A stretch of DNA of 55,988 bases, filler included, from Dirinaria sp. TL-2023a (taxonomy: Eukaryota), in the NCBI GenBank assembly GCA_051941275.1. It is 3 parts of 3 records of this genome, joined end to end, with 100 filler letters (N's around TTAATTAATTAA, not from the genome) between each part and the next. Parts side by side here need not be neighbours in the genome. Positions count along the whole stretch, not along the records: positions 18,708 to 37,304 come from JAVEBF010000375.1; 2 more parts are not named here. One strand, 5' to 3'. The position numbers were made by a program, and so were the translations under genes. The notes under the pieces were generated by a model. The model saw nothing but the letters and a program-made list of their open reading frames with translations, searched no databases and had not been told where the DNA came from. Positions 26,329 to 37,404 of this stretch are shown piece after piece; the stretch's first letter is position 1, and each line of letters starts with the position of its first letter.

Positions 26329-27462
26329 TCATTACGATCATGTTGGTACACCTCAGCTCAGTCAAACGGGAAAGATCTGCAATCTTGGACTTCGACCACA
26401 TCGAGCGTCGGCGTTGGTAGGATGACTGTTTAAACCAGCGACACTGGGGTCTTCATACACTCGTACGAGCTCAAAGTACGGCTGAGCTGGGTATAGCGCG
26501 ATTTCACTTCCGGACTGGACTGCGTCTCAGCCAGATATTGCTTGCGCAGAAGTTCCAAAAACCGAGGTGACATCAACAATGGCATCACCGGATTCCAAAA
26601 CCTGGGTTTTCTTCCATTTGAGATAGATTACGACGTAGACGTTCCCAAACACTCTGCTCTTGACGACAGCTCCACGAGCGGGATCAAAGAATAGCTATCG
26701 CCTCCCAATACGACGAGTTGACGGTAAGCAAGCATTGATCAGTCGACTTAAAATGCCTCTTCAAAGATTTCGTTGCCGGTGTGGAGGAATGCACTAAAGC
26801 AGCGCCACATCTTGCGAAGACTAGGTACCTTTTTTTCCCCTTTCCCCTTTTTGGAGAATTTCCGAATTTATAAAGCATGTTATCTCTGAGTTGTGCGTCT
26901 TTTGGCAACTGGTACCTGACGGTATGCATTCGATTATTCCCACGAAGTCATACGCCAAGCCACCCCTCATCAAGCTGGTGTCAGGTGTACAGTACTATTG
27001 CCTGAACTTTCCTGTGCCATCTGCGGGGCTCATCTGCCCTCGGATACTCTTCTCCGCATTCCAATCCGTTCGCCAACCAGCTTCTTCATCCGCCGAGATT
27101 TGTCTGGAGCCCCGGTGCTGATTGTTGGACTCTGCTCTTGATGGGTTCAGTTAGCTCTCTGCACGAATGGAAGTCGCCACCGTGACTTGGTATTGTGACC
27201 CCAAACGGACGATGGCATCCTGCAAGGTTTGTGCATCCTGTACCCGTCAGGTCTCAGGTAACCGGGGCTTCTCGTTCAAATGCGCGTACTATCCTATGGC
27301 CCAGCTAAGTTTCCTACATCTCCACATCATCTCTGTCGCACTTATGCGCGTATTCGTCCCAGGATCAGAGACTTGCTGCTTCTTCCTTTTTCCTTCTCTT
27401 CATCTAAATAATTTCCCTCTTTGGTGCCTTTCATCTTGTCCTGTAAGGAGATCTTATCAAAT

Positions 27463-29334
27463 ATGAAGCTCGTTCGAATTTTATATCTCTATGTGCTTTT
27501 GGCTGTGTCAGCTGCTGCTCAAAAGTGCCCTGACTATGCAGCCTATGCGAATACGACCCACCCACCCTTCTCGAATGGAGTTTATGAATTATCGTATCAG
27601 CGTCCTTCTGTTGAATGTCGAACTTTCATCTCCCCTGACCTGGAGAACGCCATTGCCCGTCTCAATTCATCCATCATGGACCCCGATCTTTTTCGACTGT
27701 TCGAAAATGCCTTTCCAAACACACTCGATACAGCCATCAAGTGGAAAGGATATGCTGCCAATAATAGCGACGAGGAGTTGACGTTCATAATAACTGGAGA
27801 TATGTAAGCGTCTGAACAGCTTTTTATGGCAAGCGTATTGACGAGGCGCAGAAATGCAATGTGGCTGCGCGACTCGAGCAATCAAATGCAATCATATCTT
27901 CCTCTTCTTAATAACTCTGCTGCCAATGACTCCATCGCTTCTTTATACCGAGGCGTCATCAATCTACAGGCTCGTTATCTACTTACTTCGCCATTCTGTA
28001 ATTCTTTCCAGCCACCAGTCGAATCCGGTATCCCCCCTGCCGATAATTCGGCAGCAAGCGATGATGTAGTAGTGCCGCCGTATAATAATGCATCGGTATT
28101 CGAATGCAAGTATGAGTTGGACTCATTGGCCGCTTTCTTAGAGATTTCCACAAATTACTATGCTGGTACGAACGACCTAGCCTTTTTCTCAAAATACCAG
28201 TGGGTACAGGCCGTCGAGGCCGTCTTATCTGTCGCGCGAGCAATGATGACTTCGACGTATGCAGCCAATGGCAGTGTCAACACAAGCCCATACTCATTCA
28301 CCAGGATGACTGATCGAGCATCGGAAACCCTGGAGAACGACGGGATTGGCAACCCTGTCCAAAGTGACACAGGTCTTGTCCGCTCTGCATTCCGTCCTTC
28401 GGATGATGCGACAATCTTTCAATTTCTCGTCCCAGCCAACATGATGTTTTCGCGGTACCTCAACTCGTCAGCGCAGATCATGAACGCAATACCCGGCCAA
28501 ACAGATCTCGCGAACGAAATGTCCGCTTTAGCATCATCACTCCATAGTTCCATTAGCGACCACGGCATTACTTCCAATTCCAGGTACGGGAATATTTATG
28601 CTTATGAGGTAGACGGCTATGGAAGTCAGAACCTAATGGACGACGCCAATATCCCCAGCTTGCTCAGCGCACCATTTCTTGGATATCTTGATGAGGATGA
28701 TGAAGTGTACCAGAATACTCGCAAGTTCATTTTGAGCGCCAGCGACCCCTACTATATGCAGGGTCCGGTCATCAATTCAGTCGGAGGTCCTCATGATGGG
28801 CCCGGCTATGCGTGGCCTATGGCGAGCATAGTGCGCATCTTCACAACCGACAATGACACAGAGATCACGAATGCGTTGCAGGAGATCTTGAGCAGTACAG
28901 ACAGACTGGGGTCAGTGAATAGGTTTCTCTTGAGAGATTTAGCACAAACGCTTTCTGGTAAACCAGAGCCTTCGACAGTGTGAAGCGTACCTTAGGCCAA
29001 GTGATGACGAATCGCTCCGTGCCGAATCGTCAGGTCGCTTGACGCGTTGCCGATCCAGCAACAAGCCGCACGCGCCAGGAAGAGATGATGCTGCGCCCGT
29101 TGCCAAGAGATATGGGCTAACATGTGTTCAATCATAGGCTTATTCATGAAAGCATCAATACGCGCAACCAGTCGGATTGGACGAGGCAATGGTGGGCTTC
29201 GAGTTCCTGGTGTCATTGCGGCTTAAGCTAACGCAGGGACGGATAGGTTTTCTTGGGCGAACGGGCTATTTGGCCAGATGGTTTTGGATCTAGAGAACAG
29301 AAAGCCACAGATCTTGAAGCAGAGCTTCCAGTAA
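27463..29334 (+). CDS. Secreted GH125 (DUF1237/Mug157-like) exo-alpha-1,6-mannosidase, 4 exons
   Basis: Signal peptide, then [60 protein letters not shown] and WFSWANGLF. Confidence 0.92.
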
Positions 29335-29783
29335 TCCAACGTCACCGGCGACTCGCCACCCGCAAGCGTGCCCAACGCTTTACGTTAAATTATTATTATG
29401 GTTATGAGGCTTTTTCGAAACGGCTATGAGACGATGACAGGCGAAAATAAAATCTCCTTGAAACGGGATAATCGTCAATGCTCCGGGTTGTCAGAGAATT
29501 CTAGGCGGCTTTTTCGGAGAGGGAGCAGCCAGCGGCGCTGAACAGCAGTAGAGGTTTTTTTTTTCTTTGCGGCGAGCGGCCCAAAGTAGCTTAGCGCAGC
29601 CCTACGGAGCATCGTGAAGCAACTTGTCCTAAACTCCAGTCCTTTTTATTCAGACACATTTTCCGAGCAATGACAATCCTCATGCACATGTAAAAAAAGT
29701 CATCATTCCGTTCACTCGTCCTTGGCCTCAATCGCTGGTGACAGTTCGTCTTTCGCTCCTTTATCACGGTCTATCCCCCCAAC

Positions 29784-32700
29784 ATGCCTCCACATGGCAG
29801 GCGGCGGGTGTCTGCCTTGACTAATGTTCTAATCTTCCTCTTCCTCTTCGCCTACACAGCTTCAGCAGCTTCTGCCGTTCTAGGCATTGATTTAGGAACC
29901 GAGTATATCAAAGCAGCGCTCGTGAAACCTGGTATACCCCTTGAAATAGTTCTGACAAAGGACTCGAAACGAAAAGAGACCGCCGCAGTCGCTTTCAAAG
30001 CCTCTAACATCAACTCTAAGAAGTCAGAGGCCGGCACATTTCCCGAAAGAATATACGGTGGTGATGCGCTAGCTGTTGCCCCAAGATTCCCAAGCGACGT
30101 CTATCCGAACCTCAAGCCTCTCCTCGGCCTGTCCTACAATTCCAACGACGTTGTGTCTACCTACAAGGAGCGATATCCCGGTTTAAGGACGACAGAATGG
30201 AAGGGTCGAGGCACCGTGGGCTTTCGAAGTCCAAGCTTCGAAGAGGCAGAAGAGCCATTTCTGGTCGAAGAACTACTGGCGATGGAGCTGAAAAACATCC
30301 GGGCGAACGCTGTGGCATTGGCAGGAAAGGGCTCGACTATACAAGATGCGGTGATTACTGTTCCTCCCTTTTATACCGCCGAAGAGAAAACGGCTGTCAC
30401 GCTGGCCGCGGAATTAGCTGGTCTGCGGGTTCTTTCCTTGATCAGTGACGGTCTCTCTATCGGTCTCAATTACGCCACCTCCAGGACATTTCCTACCATT
30501 AACGAAGGGGGGAAGCCGGAGATCCATCTCGTATATGATATGGGTGCTGGCTCAGCGACCGCCACAGTGCTTCGTTTCCAAGGGAGGACTGTGAAGGACG
30601 TTGGCCGGTTCAACAAGACGATCCAGGAAGTTCAGATCTTGGGAACTGGCTGGGATAAGACATTGGGTGGCGATGCGCTCAATCAACTCATCGTGAATGA
30701 TATGGTCAAGAAGTTCACAGATATGGATCAGGTGAAGGCTCTGGGTTCAGAGGCAAAACAAGTTAAAGAACATGGCCGAACAATGGCGAAGCTTTGGAAG
30801 GAAGCTGAGCGACTTAGGCAAGTTTTAAGCGCCAACACTGAGACATCCGCAAGCTTTGAGGGACTATTTCATGAGGACGTCAATTTCAAGTACAAGCTTA
30901 CCAGGGCCGAGTTCGAGAAGCTTGCATCCGACTACGCCGATCGAGTCGAGGCGCCACTCAGAAATGCTCTTGAATCTGCAAAGCTCGATTTTGCTGACGT
31001 CTCTTCTGTCATTCTTCACGGAGGGGCCGTTCGTACGCCGTTCGTCCAGAAGCAGCTTGAATCGATAGTTGGTAGCGCAGACAAGTTGCGGACGAACGTT
31101 AATTCTGACGAAGCGGCCGTATTCGGTGCTGCCTTTAAAGCTGCGGGGATTAGTCCAAGCTTTCGAGTGAAGGAGATCAGGACAAATGATATCGCTGGCT
31201 ATTCATACGGGCTCCGATGGGACAGAGGCGATATAGAGAAGCAGCAGATGCTTTTCGTACCAACATCCCAGACCGGTGCGGAAAAACAAGTACCTCTTAA
31301 GGCCACTGAAGACCTAAAATTGACACTGTTTGAAAGTAGTCCAAGTCGTCCAGTCATTGATGTTCAAACGCAAAATCTTACAGCTTCTGTGGATCAACTT
31401 GTTGACAAATTTGGTTGTGCGAAGAGTGACATAAGTACAAGCTTCGCAATCCGGCTAAGTCCAGTGGACGGCTTACCGGAGGTATTGCGAGGTTCAGTTA
31501 GTTGTGAGACGACAGGGCAGAAGCCTGGTGTGGTGGACGGCGTGAAAGACTTCTTTGGCTTTGGTTCCAAAAAAGGCGATCAAGAGCCCCTGAACGACGA
31601 GCAAGCTGATAGCTCTACAGCAGCGACACCAAAGGAAGACACATCGGCTACTTCTTCCGTGAAGGAGAGCAGTATGTCAGATGCGACAAGCACAGGAACT
31701 GCAAGTGCGGCTGAGAAGTCAAAAGAGCCCAAGAAACGCACGGAAATCATCCATATCGACTTCTCAATTGAACCTGCGGCGCTGCCTCCACCAAGTGCTG
31801 AGGGTTTACAACGCATCAAAGACCGGCTGACTGCATTCGATGCTTCAGATCGATCACGGCTGAAGCGTGAAGAGACGTTGAATACGTTGGAATCATTCAC
31901 GTACAAAGCCCGAGACCTCCTAGATGACGAAGGCTTTATCGCAGCTTCAACAGAGAAGCATCGAACCGAGGTCGAGGAGCAATTCAAGAGCGCAAGTGAT
32001 TGGCTTTACGGCGATGGAGCCGATGCGAGCCGAGAGGTATTGAAAGCACGACTCGACGCATTACATAGCCTGGTGGACCCTATTCAAAAACGTAAAGACG
32101 AGGCTGCGAAGAGACCCCAGCAAGTACAGTCGCTAAAGGAAGCTCTCAATCAAACGAAAACCATGGTTAGCGTCATTAAGCAGCAAATGGAGTACCAATC
32201 AGTAGCAGACAAGGCGTCTTCACTCGAGTCTTCATCATCCTCTGAGGCATCGTCCCCTTCGACCACGACGGCGCCAACTTCGACAGATGATTTCGCGGAC
32301 CTAGACGACGATACTTCTACCTCCATTTCTGCCACAGCCACTCCATCTGCGAAGGCACCTCCATTGTTTTCGTACAGCGAGGAGGATTTGCAAGCCATTA
32401 CTGACGCTCATGAGTCCGTAGAGAGCTGGCTAAACTCACGGTTAGCGGAGCAGCAGAAGCTGTCACCTACAGACGATCCCGTTATCCTCTCGACCGAATT
32501 GGCGGCAAAGTCGAAAGAACTCAATGATATGGTCATGAACCTCCTTACGAAGCAGATGAAAACGCCACCAAAGAGCAAAAAGTCAAAAGTGAAGTCCGCA
32601 ACTGCGAGGTCCAAATCGGAGAAGAAGGGCAAACCAACCATATCGCCGGACGATATTCTCGAGGAGATGCCAGGCGCGGAAAAGGTCACAGAAGAAGAAA

Positions 32701-32831
32701 GCTCGGAAGCTATCAAACAGCAAGGCTCGAAGGCGACCGAGTCAAAGACAAAGGGTCAGGGAAAGGCAACTGGAAAGAAAAATGGCAACGGAAAAGTTAA
32801 AGGGAAAACTGAAGCTCACGGAGAGTTATAG
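29784..32831 (+). CDS. LHS1: ER Hsp70-family nucleotide exchange factor Lhs1/ORP150
   Basis: Signal peptide, VLGIDLGTEYIK, YDMGAGS, LGGDALN, ILHGGAVRTPFVQ and NVNSDEAA, ending in HGEL. Confidence 0.95.
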   Translation: MPPHGRRRVSALTNVLIFLFLFAYTASAASAVLGIDLGTEYIKAALVKPGIPLEIVLTKDSKRKETAAVAFKASNINSKKSEAGTFPERIYGGDALAVAPRFPSDVYPNLKPLLGLSYNSNDVVSTYKERYPGLRTTEWKGRGTVGFRSPSFEEAEEPFLVEELLAMELKNIRANAVALAGKGSTIQDAVITVPPFYTAEEKTAVTLAAELAGLRVLSLISDGLSIGLNYATSRTFPTINEGGKPEIHLVYDMGAGSATATVLRFQGRTVKDVGRFNKTIQEVQILGTGWDKTLGGDALNQLIVNDMVKKFTDMDQVKALGSEAKQVKEHGRTMAKLWKEAERLRQVLSANTETSASFEGLFHEDVNFKYKLTRAEFEKLASDYADRVEAPLRNALESAKLDFADVSSVILHGGAVRTPFVQKQLESIVGSADKLRTNVNSDEAAVFGAAFKAAGISPSFRVKEIRTNDIAGYSYGLRWDRGDIEKQQMLFVPTSQTGAEKQVPLKATEDLKLTLFESSPSRPVIDVQTQNLTASVDQLVDKFGCAKSDISTSFAIRLSPVDGLPEVLRGSVSCETTGQKPGVVDGVKDFFGFGSKKGDQEPLNDEQADSSTAATPKEDTSATSSVKESSMSDATSTGTASAAEKSKEPKKRTEIIHIDFSIEPAALPPPSAEGLQRIKDRLTAFDASDRSRLKREETLNTLESFTYKARDLLDDEGFIAASTEKHRTEVEEQFKSASDWLYGDGADASREVLKARLDALHSLVDPIQKRKDEAAKRPQQVQSLKEALNQTKTMVSVIKQQMEYQSVADKASSLESSSSSEASSPSTTTAPTSTDDFADLDDDTSTSISATATPSAKAPPLFSYSEEDLQAITDAHESVESWLNSRLAEQQKLSPTDDPVILSTELAAKSKELNDMVMNLLTKQMKTPPKSKKSKVKSATARSKSEKKGKPTISPDDILEEMPGAEKVTEEESSEAIKQQGSKATESKTKGQGKATGKKNGNGKVKGKTEAHGEL

Positions 32832-33132
32832 CATATAGACATTTTGTATTTAGCATCGGAGTCACTGTACTGTATTTGATCGTCTACTAGCGTTGTTCGT
32901 CCTATTTGCACATAAGTGAATTGCTCTGGCGCTGAAGTGCGAAGCCATCCACTTGAGGAACTGGCTTCCATTTTCCACCCATGTATGTATGTATGTATCC
33001 ATTCCATCTCATGGAGCTTCCCAATTCGTCAACATTGCCAAGCCACCTTGAAGGCCGGCTACGCAGCGAGCCAGCGAGCCCAGCTGACCACCACACAGAC
33101 TCCTACCCTTTCGAGAGCTCAAAGGCCGAGCA

Positions 33133-35203
33133 ATGCATGAGATCCTCACGATCCAACTCGGCCATCGCGCCAATCACATAGCAACTCACTTTTGGAATGC
33201 TCAGGTACTTGAAGCTCGACTTCTCCAACCTTCCCTCACAAAATCCACCGGCTCTCACCCGCCTACAAGCCAGCCTTTAGACCACTGATAAAGGTCTCAG
33301 GAGTCCTACTTCACCTATTCAACCGACTCGCCTTCCCCCGTCGACCATGATATCCACTTCCGTGCCGGCCTCACATCTACGGGTGAGGAGACGTACACAC
33401 CCCGAGCACTAGTCTATGACCTCAAAGGCGGCTTCGGTAGCCTCAGAAGAAGCGGGGGACTCTACGAAGACCAGGATGCTAGCAGTCCGAGCAACGATGG
33501 AGACGTCTGGTATGTCATTTCCTTCGACCCTCCGACATCTAAGACGCCAACCGTACGTCTCCACGAGCCCACTAACAGCGCCCTTGGCAGAAAAGGACCC
33601 GTCAACCGGTGCTCCAGCAATCATCCCCTGTGCCGCAACACCCTTACCAGCAGTCCCTTAACACGGGTCTTTCTCCCCCAAAGTTGACGCCTGACACCGT
33701 CCGCTACTGGTCGGATTATGCAAGGGTTTTCTACCATCCACGCTCCATCGTCCAGATCAATGACTACGAGCTCGCCTCCTCGATACAGCCCTTTGAAAGG
33801 TGGGAGAGCGGAGAGGAGCTCTATGAAACATTGGACAAGGAGGAAGGGATCTTGGACCGGGATGTGAGGAGGTGGGTCGAGGAGTGCGATCTACTACAAG
33901 GAGTGCAGGTCGTAATGAGCGCAGATGACGCGTGGGGTGGATTTGGAAGCAGGATGGTGGAGGGACTGCGGGATGAGATGGACAAGGGAGCGATTTGGGC
34001 TTGGGCCATTGAGGAGGAAGCGGGAACCGGATCAAGGGTGAGTACCTCATCCAGTACGCCCCGGTTGGGGACTGTGCTTGTCGACGCACATGAAGCGGGT
34101 TAACAAGAGACTGGGACTTTGCGGAGTGGAGAGCGGGTCTTTCGTCCCAGTGCTGACACGGCATCTCGGGCAGGACAAGCAATTGCTGAGAACTGTCAAC
34201 ACAGCGAAAACAGTGTGCGAATTGTTTCCGCAGGCAACCATGTACATCCCACTCTCGATGCCGTGCACTCCGCTGCCCCACTACATCCACCTTGACCGGA
34301 GCTCACAATGGCATACTTCCGCGCTACTGTCAGCGGCGTGGGAAAGTGCAACTCTACCGTCGCGGCTTCGTCTGGACCACACTAAGCGGGGATTTCTGGA
34401 TGACATGGTGGCAGCTCTGAATGTCAATGGGGGGCAGCGCATGGCAGGCCTTCAATGTAGCCTACTCGATCCCAGCCAAGTAAATGGCAGCGACGCAGCG
34501 TTATCTCGAGCAAGCAACGATCAGAGGATGCCGGGATCGAATACGAGCAGCAGGGTTCTAGCTCAACACGACGCGCAGGAAGCTAATGCAAGCTTGGACG
34601 TGGATCTCTCCGGTGCAAAGACTAGCAGCGCGGGACTTGTTCCCACTCGCAAGACCGTTGAAGATCACATTTTCGGCAGTGTCGAAGTCGTTCGAGACGA
34701 AAAAGCCGGGCCGACCGATGAAGGCAATAACGAGCAAGACGAAATGATCACAAGAAAGCGGCGACGTTTGTCAGGAGCGCCGGTGGTTGAACGGTCAGTA
34801 CTTCTTCACTACTTATGGGGTCGAGTCCACACAGCGATCTGTTTACTTGTGGATTATTGCAGCTCCTCTCATGCAAAAGTGCAGCATGTCCTCAGGTACG
34901 TTGAGCATCAGGCAGCTAATAAGCAAGGTACTGCTCAGGTATCGATCGCGGCTACAATACCCGGTACTTGATAGCTTCCCCGACATATTCCCCCAGCCAT
35001 TCGTCGACGGGAAGACGATCGCGGTCCATGTTTCCCTGTCCACGAGTACCGGAATATCCTATAAAACGCATAGCTTGCAAAAGGTGGTTCTCCGGACGGC
35101 TGGCGTGGAGGAACGCGAGGCCCTAAGCTCCAGCCTTGGCGATATTAGCGAGGCCTACGAGGGAGGTTGGGACCATGGGTCCGATGACGACAGTGATGGT
35201 TGA
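33133..35203 (+). CDS. DML1: Misato/DML1 tubulin-like protein (multi-exon)
   Basis: [62 protein letters not shown] and EECDLLQG, with an acidic C-terminus. Confidence 0.93.
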
Positions 35204-35696
35204 GTGATAACGTACGGAGTACCTTACGAACGGTAAGGTGCCCTACCTTAGGTCAAGTACAGTACAGTACTTCTACAGCATAACTTCCATTATCCTCGTA
35301 TTGAGCAAGGAAAGATAACCGCACAGACTCACCAAAAGTAGAAGTTCTATACTTCATACAGTGACTCTAGGCTCGATACCGATGGATAAATACCTTAGGT
35401 AGGTCACAACAGAGAAGTACGACAGGAGTTCGTATACCAAACAGCCCATTCGAGAGAGCTCTTTACCAAGCTGAGCGATGACGTGCCAGAATCCAACAAA
35501 TTATTATTGTGATGGGCAGACAAGCAGCCTTTTCGGTGCATTATTGAGCACGGACGCATACAGCAGTCCTCGACTCGAGCAGCGTGGATGAGTGAATTCC
35601 ATTTGGGTATATGCTCCCCATTGGAGCTGACTACATTAGCCGCGGGAATCGGAGTATTAGGATTTGCATAATCCCGGATACTGGTAGTACAACGTA

Positions 35697-35732
35697 GGTA
35701 TCGATGGAGGTATCGATGGAGGTATCGATGGA
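35697..35732. repeat. 3 x 12-bp tandem repeat GGTATCGATGGA
   Basis: Read directly from the sequence. Confidence 0.9.
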
Positions 35733-37304
35733 TGCCCCTCCCTGCACGCCTCTCTCTGGCATCTCTGCCCTCCACAGTGGCTTCAGTGGCTTTTTCTCGA
35801 AGATCTACCAATATTCGGCCATGGAAGTACTAGTCTGTGCCGGCAGAGTACGAAGGTAAGAGACGTACCTGACTGCCCCTCCCCACCACACCACTGAAGT
35901 TCTGAACCCATCTTGGTGGGAGGGGTCGACTTCGTAACAACCCATGAACAAGCAGGAACTCCCGCCATCGGCTCCACTTCCAGAGCTGCAAGCATTTTCT
36001 CTTTGCGCTCGTTCTCTCATAGGCTCTTGAGACATCGTGCCTGAGTTGAGGGCTTGAGGCGCGCTCCGACAGACACGAGCTTCGTGTGCACCCCGCCCAC
36101 TGACGGTACCATGACCGCACAATGTGATAAGGCAGTGGCTGGAGCAGCCCAAACCCTACCTGGAGTCAGGTAGGGATCTCACTGCACCTTGACCATGTCA
36201 ACGGCACACAGTATTTTAAGGTAACGACGCTTTGACCAAGAGCTCTCCGGTCCAAAGTCAGGAAACATTGGATGCCACATCATCAATTGTCATTGGGCAA
36301 ACGGTTCACTGGTCCTTCGTATTCTTCAACTACCTTAGGTAAGGTATGGCCGGGATTCCTGTCCACTAACGATTTTTCAACTGCTAGTCTCAACGGTGCT
36401 TGGCTACGGAGTGCTAAGGTAGTAGTAGCCAAAAACGTTTCTCGAAATCTCGTGGGCGACTTGGCCAGCCTTAGCCTTCTTGGCGTTCTCGCTCACTTCC
36501 GACGTCGCTCGTTCGCGCGCAACTAGCGAGGCATGCTTTAGAGCCTGCATCTACCTTTTACCAATGTACTACGACTGCTGAGAAGCATCACAATCAACCT
36601 CTGGAAATGTTCGGGACCATTGTCCAATGGCCAGCTCGCTGGCTGCGGTGCAACAACACTTAGGACTGCCATGTTGTTGAACTCGTACGGAGCAAGTAAG
36701 GTAGCAACCAGGCAGTGTCCATAACGCCGCTCCACGCACTGGCAAAGCAAGTTATTTTAATGAGTGATGGCTCACGAGAGACCGGCCACAGCGGATTTTT
36801 AAATTCGCCGAACCATGTTTGCCTTTTCCCTCCCTTGAGTCAAGTCCTTGCCATGGCCCGTCCTCCGTACGTGGAAAGGGTCTAAGCATGCAAGATTTCG
36901 TGTTCGGCAGCAAGATAAAGTAAGTACCTTATGGGGGTTTCCCTTTGCACCGCTTGCTGAGAAGCTTGGGAGCTTGAGAGCTTGGGAGCTTGGCAAAAGA
37001 GAAAATACGAAAGGTCCTCCCCACTTTTTCTTCTTCTTCTTTCGTTGTTTTCTGCATGGTTTGTCATGGTCCCAACGCAGCTCTTGCATTAGCTTTTCCA
37101 ACTGTCTGCCGCAAGCTGGGATGAGTCAGCGGAGGGAGTGGATCACTGTACTCCGTAGTCCAACTGTCCAGAGAGAGAGAGCTTCTTACTTTTTACCGTA
37201 AGGTAATCTGCCAGCCACCGGGCCTGCATGCATCCTGCCCTGAGTGCCTTGAGTACTGTACTGTACTGTATGTATGTACTGTACCGTACCCTGGCTCGCT
37301 TACC

Positions 37305-37404
37305 NNNNNNNNNNNNNNNNNNNNNNNNNNNNNNNNNNNNNNNNNNNNTTAATTAATTAANNNNNNNNNNNNNNNNNNNNNNNNNNNNNNNNNNNNNNNN
37401 NNNN
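37305..37404. other. Artificial contig-joining spacer
   Basis: 44 N + TTAATTAATTAA + 44 N, identical in design to 18608-18707. Confidence 0.97.

Noticed and set aside
28911..29137. C/D snoRNA in the long GH125 intron (GTGATGA at 29001)
   Set aside because: No downstream CTGA D box or terminal stem.
35404..37304. Protein-coding genes in the stretch after DML1
   Set aside because: Only short ORFs with no recognisable motifs or convincing splice structure. Probably regulatory DNA of a gene beyond the contig end.
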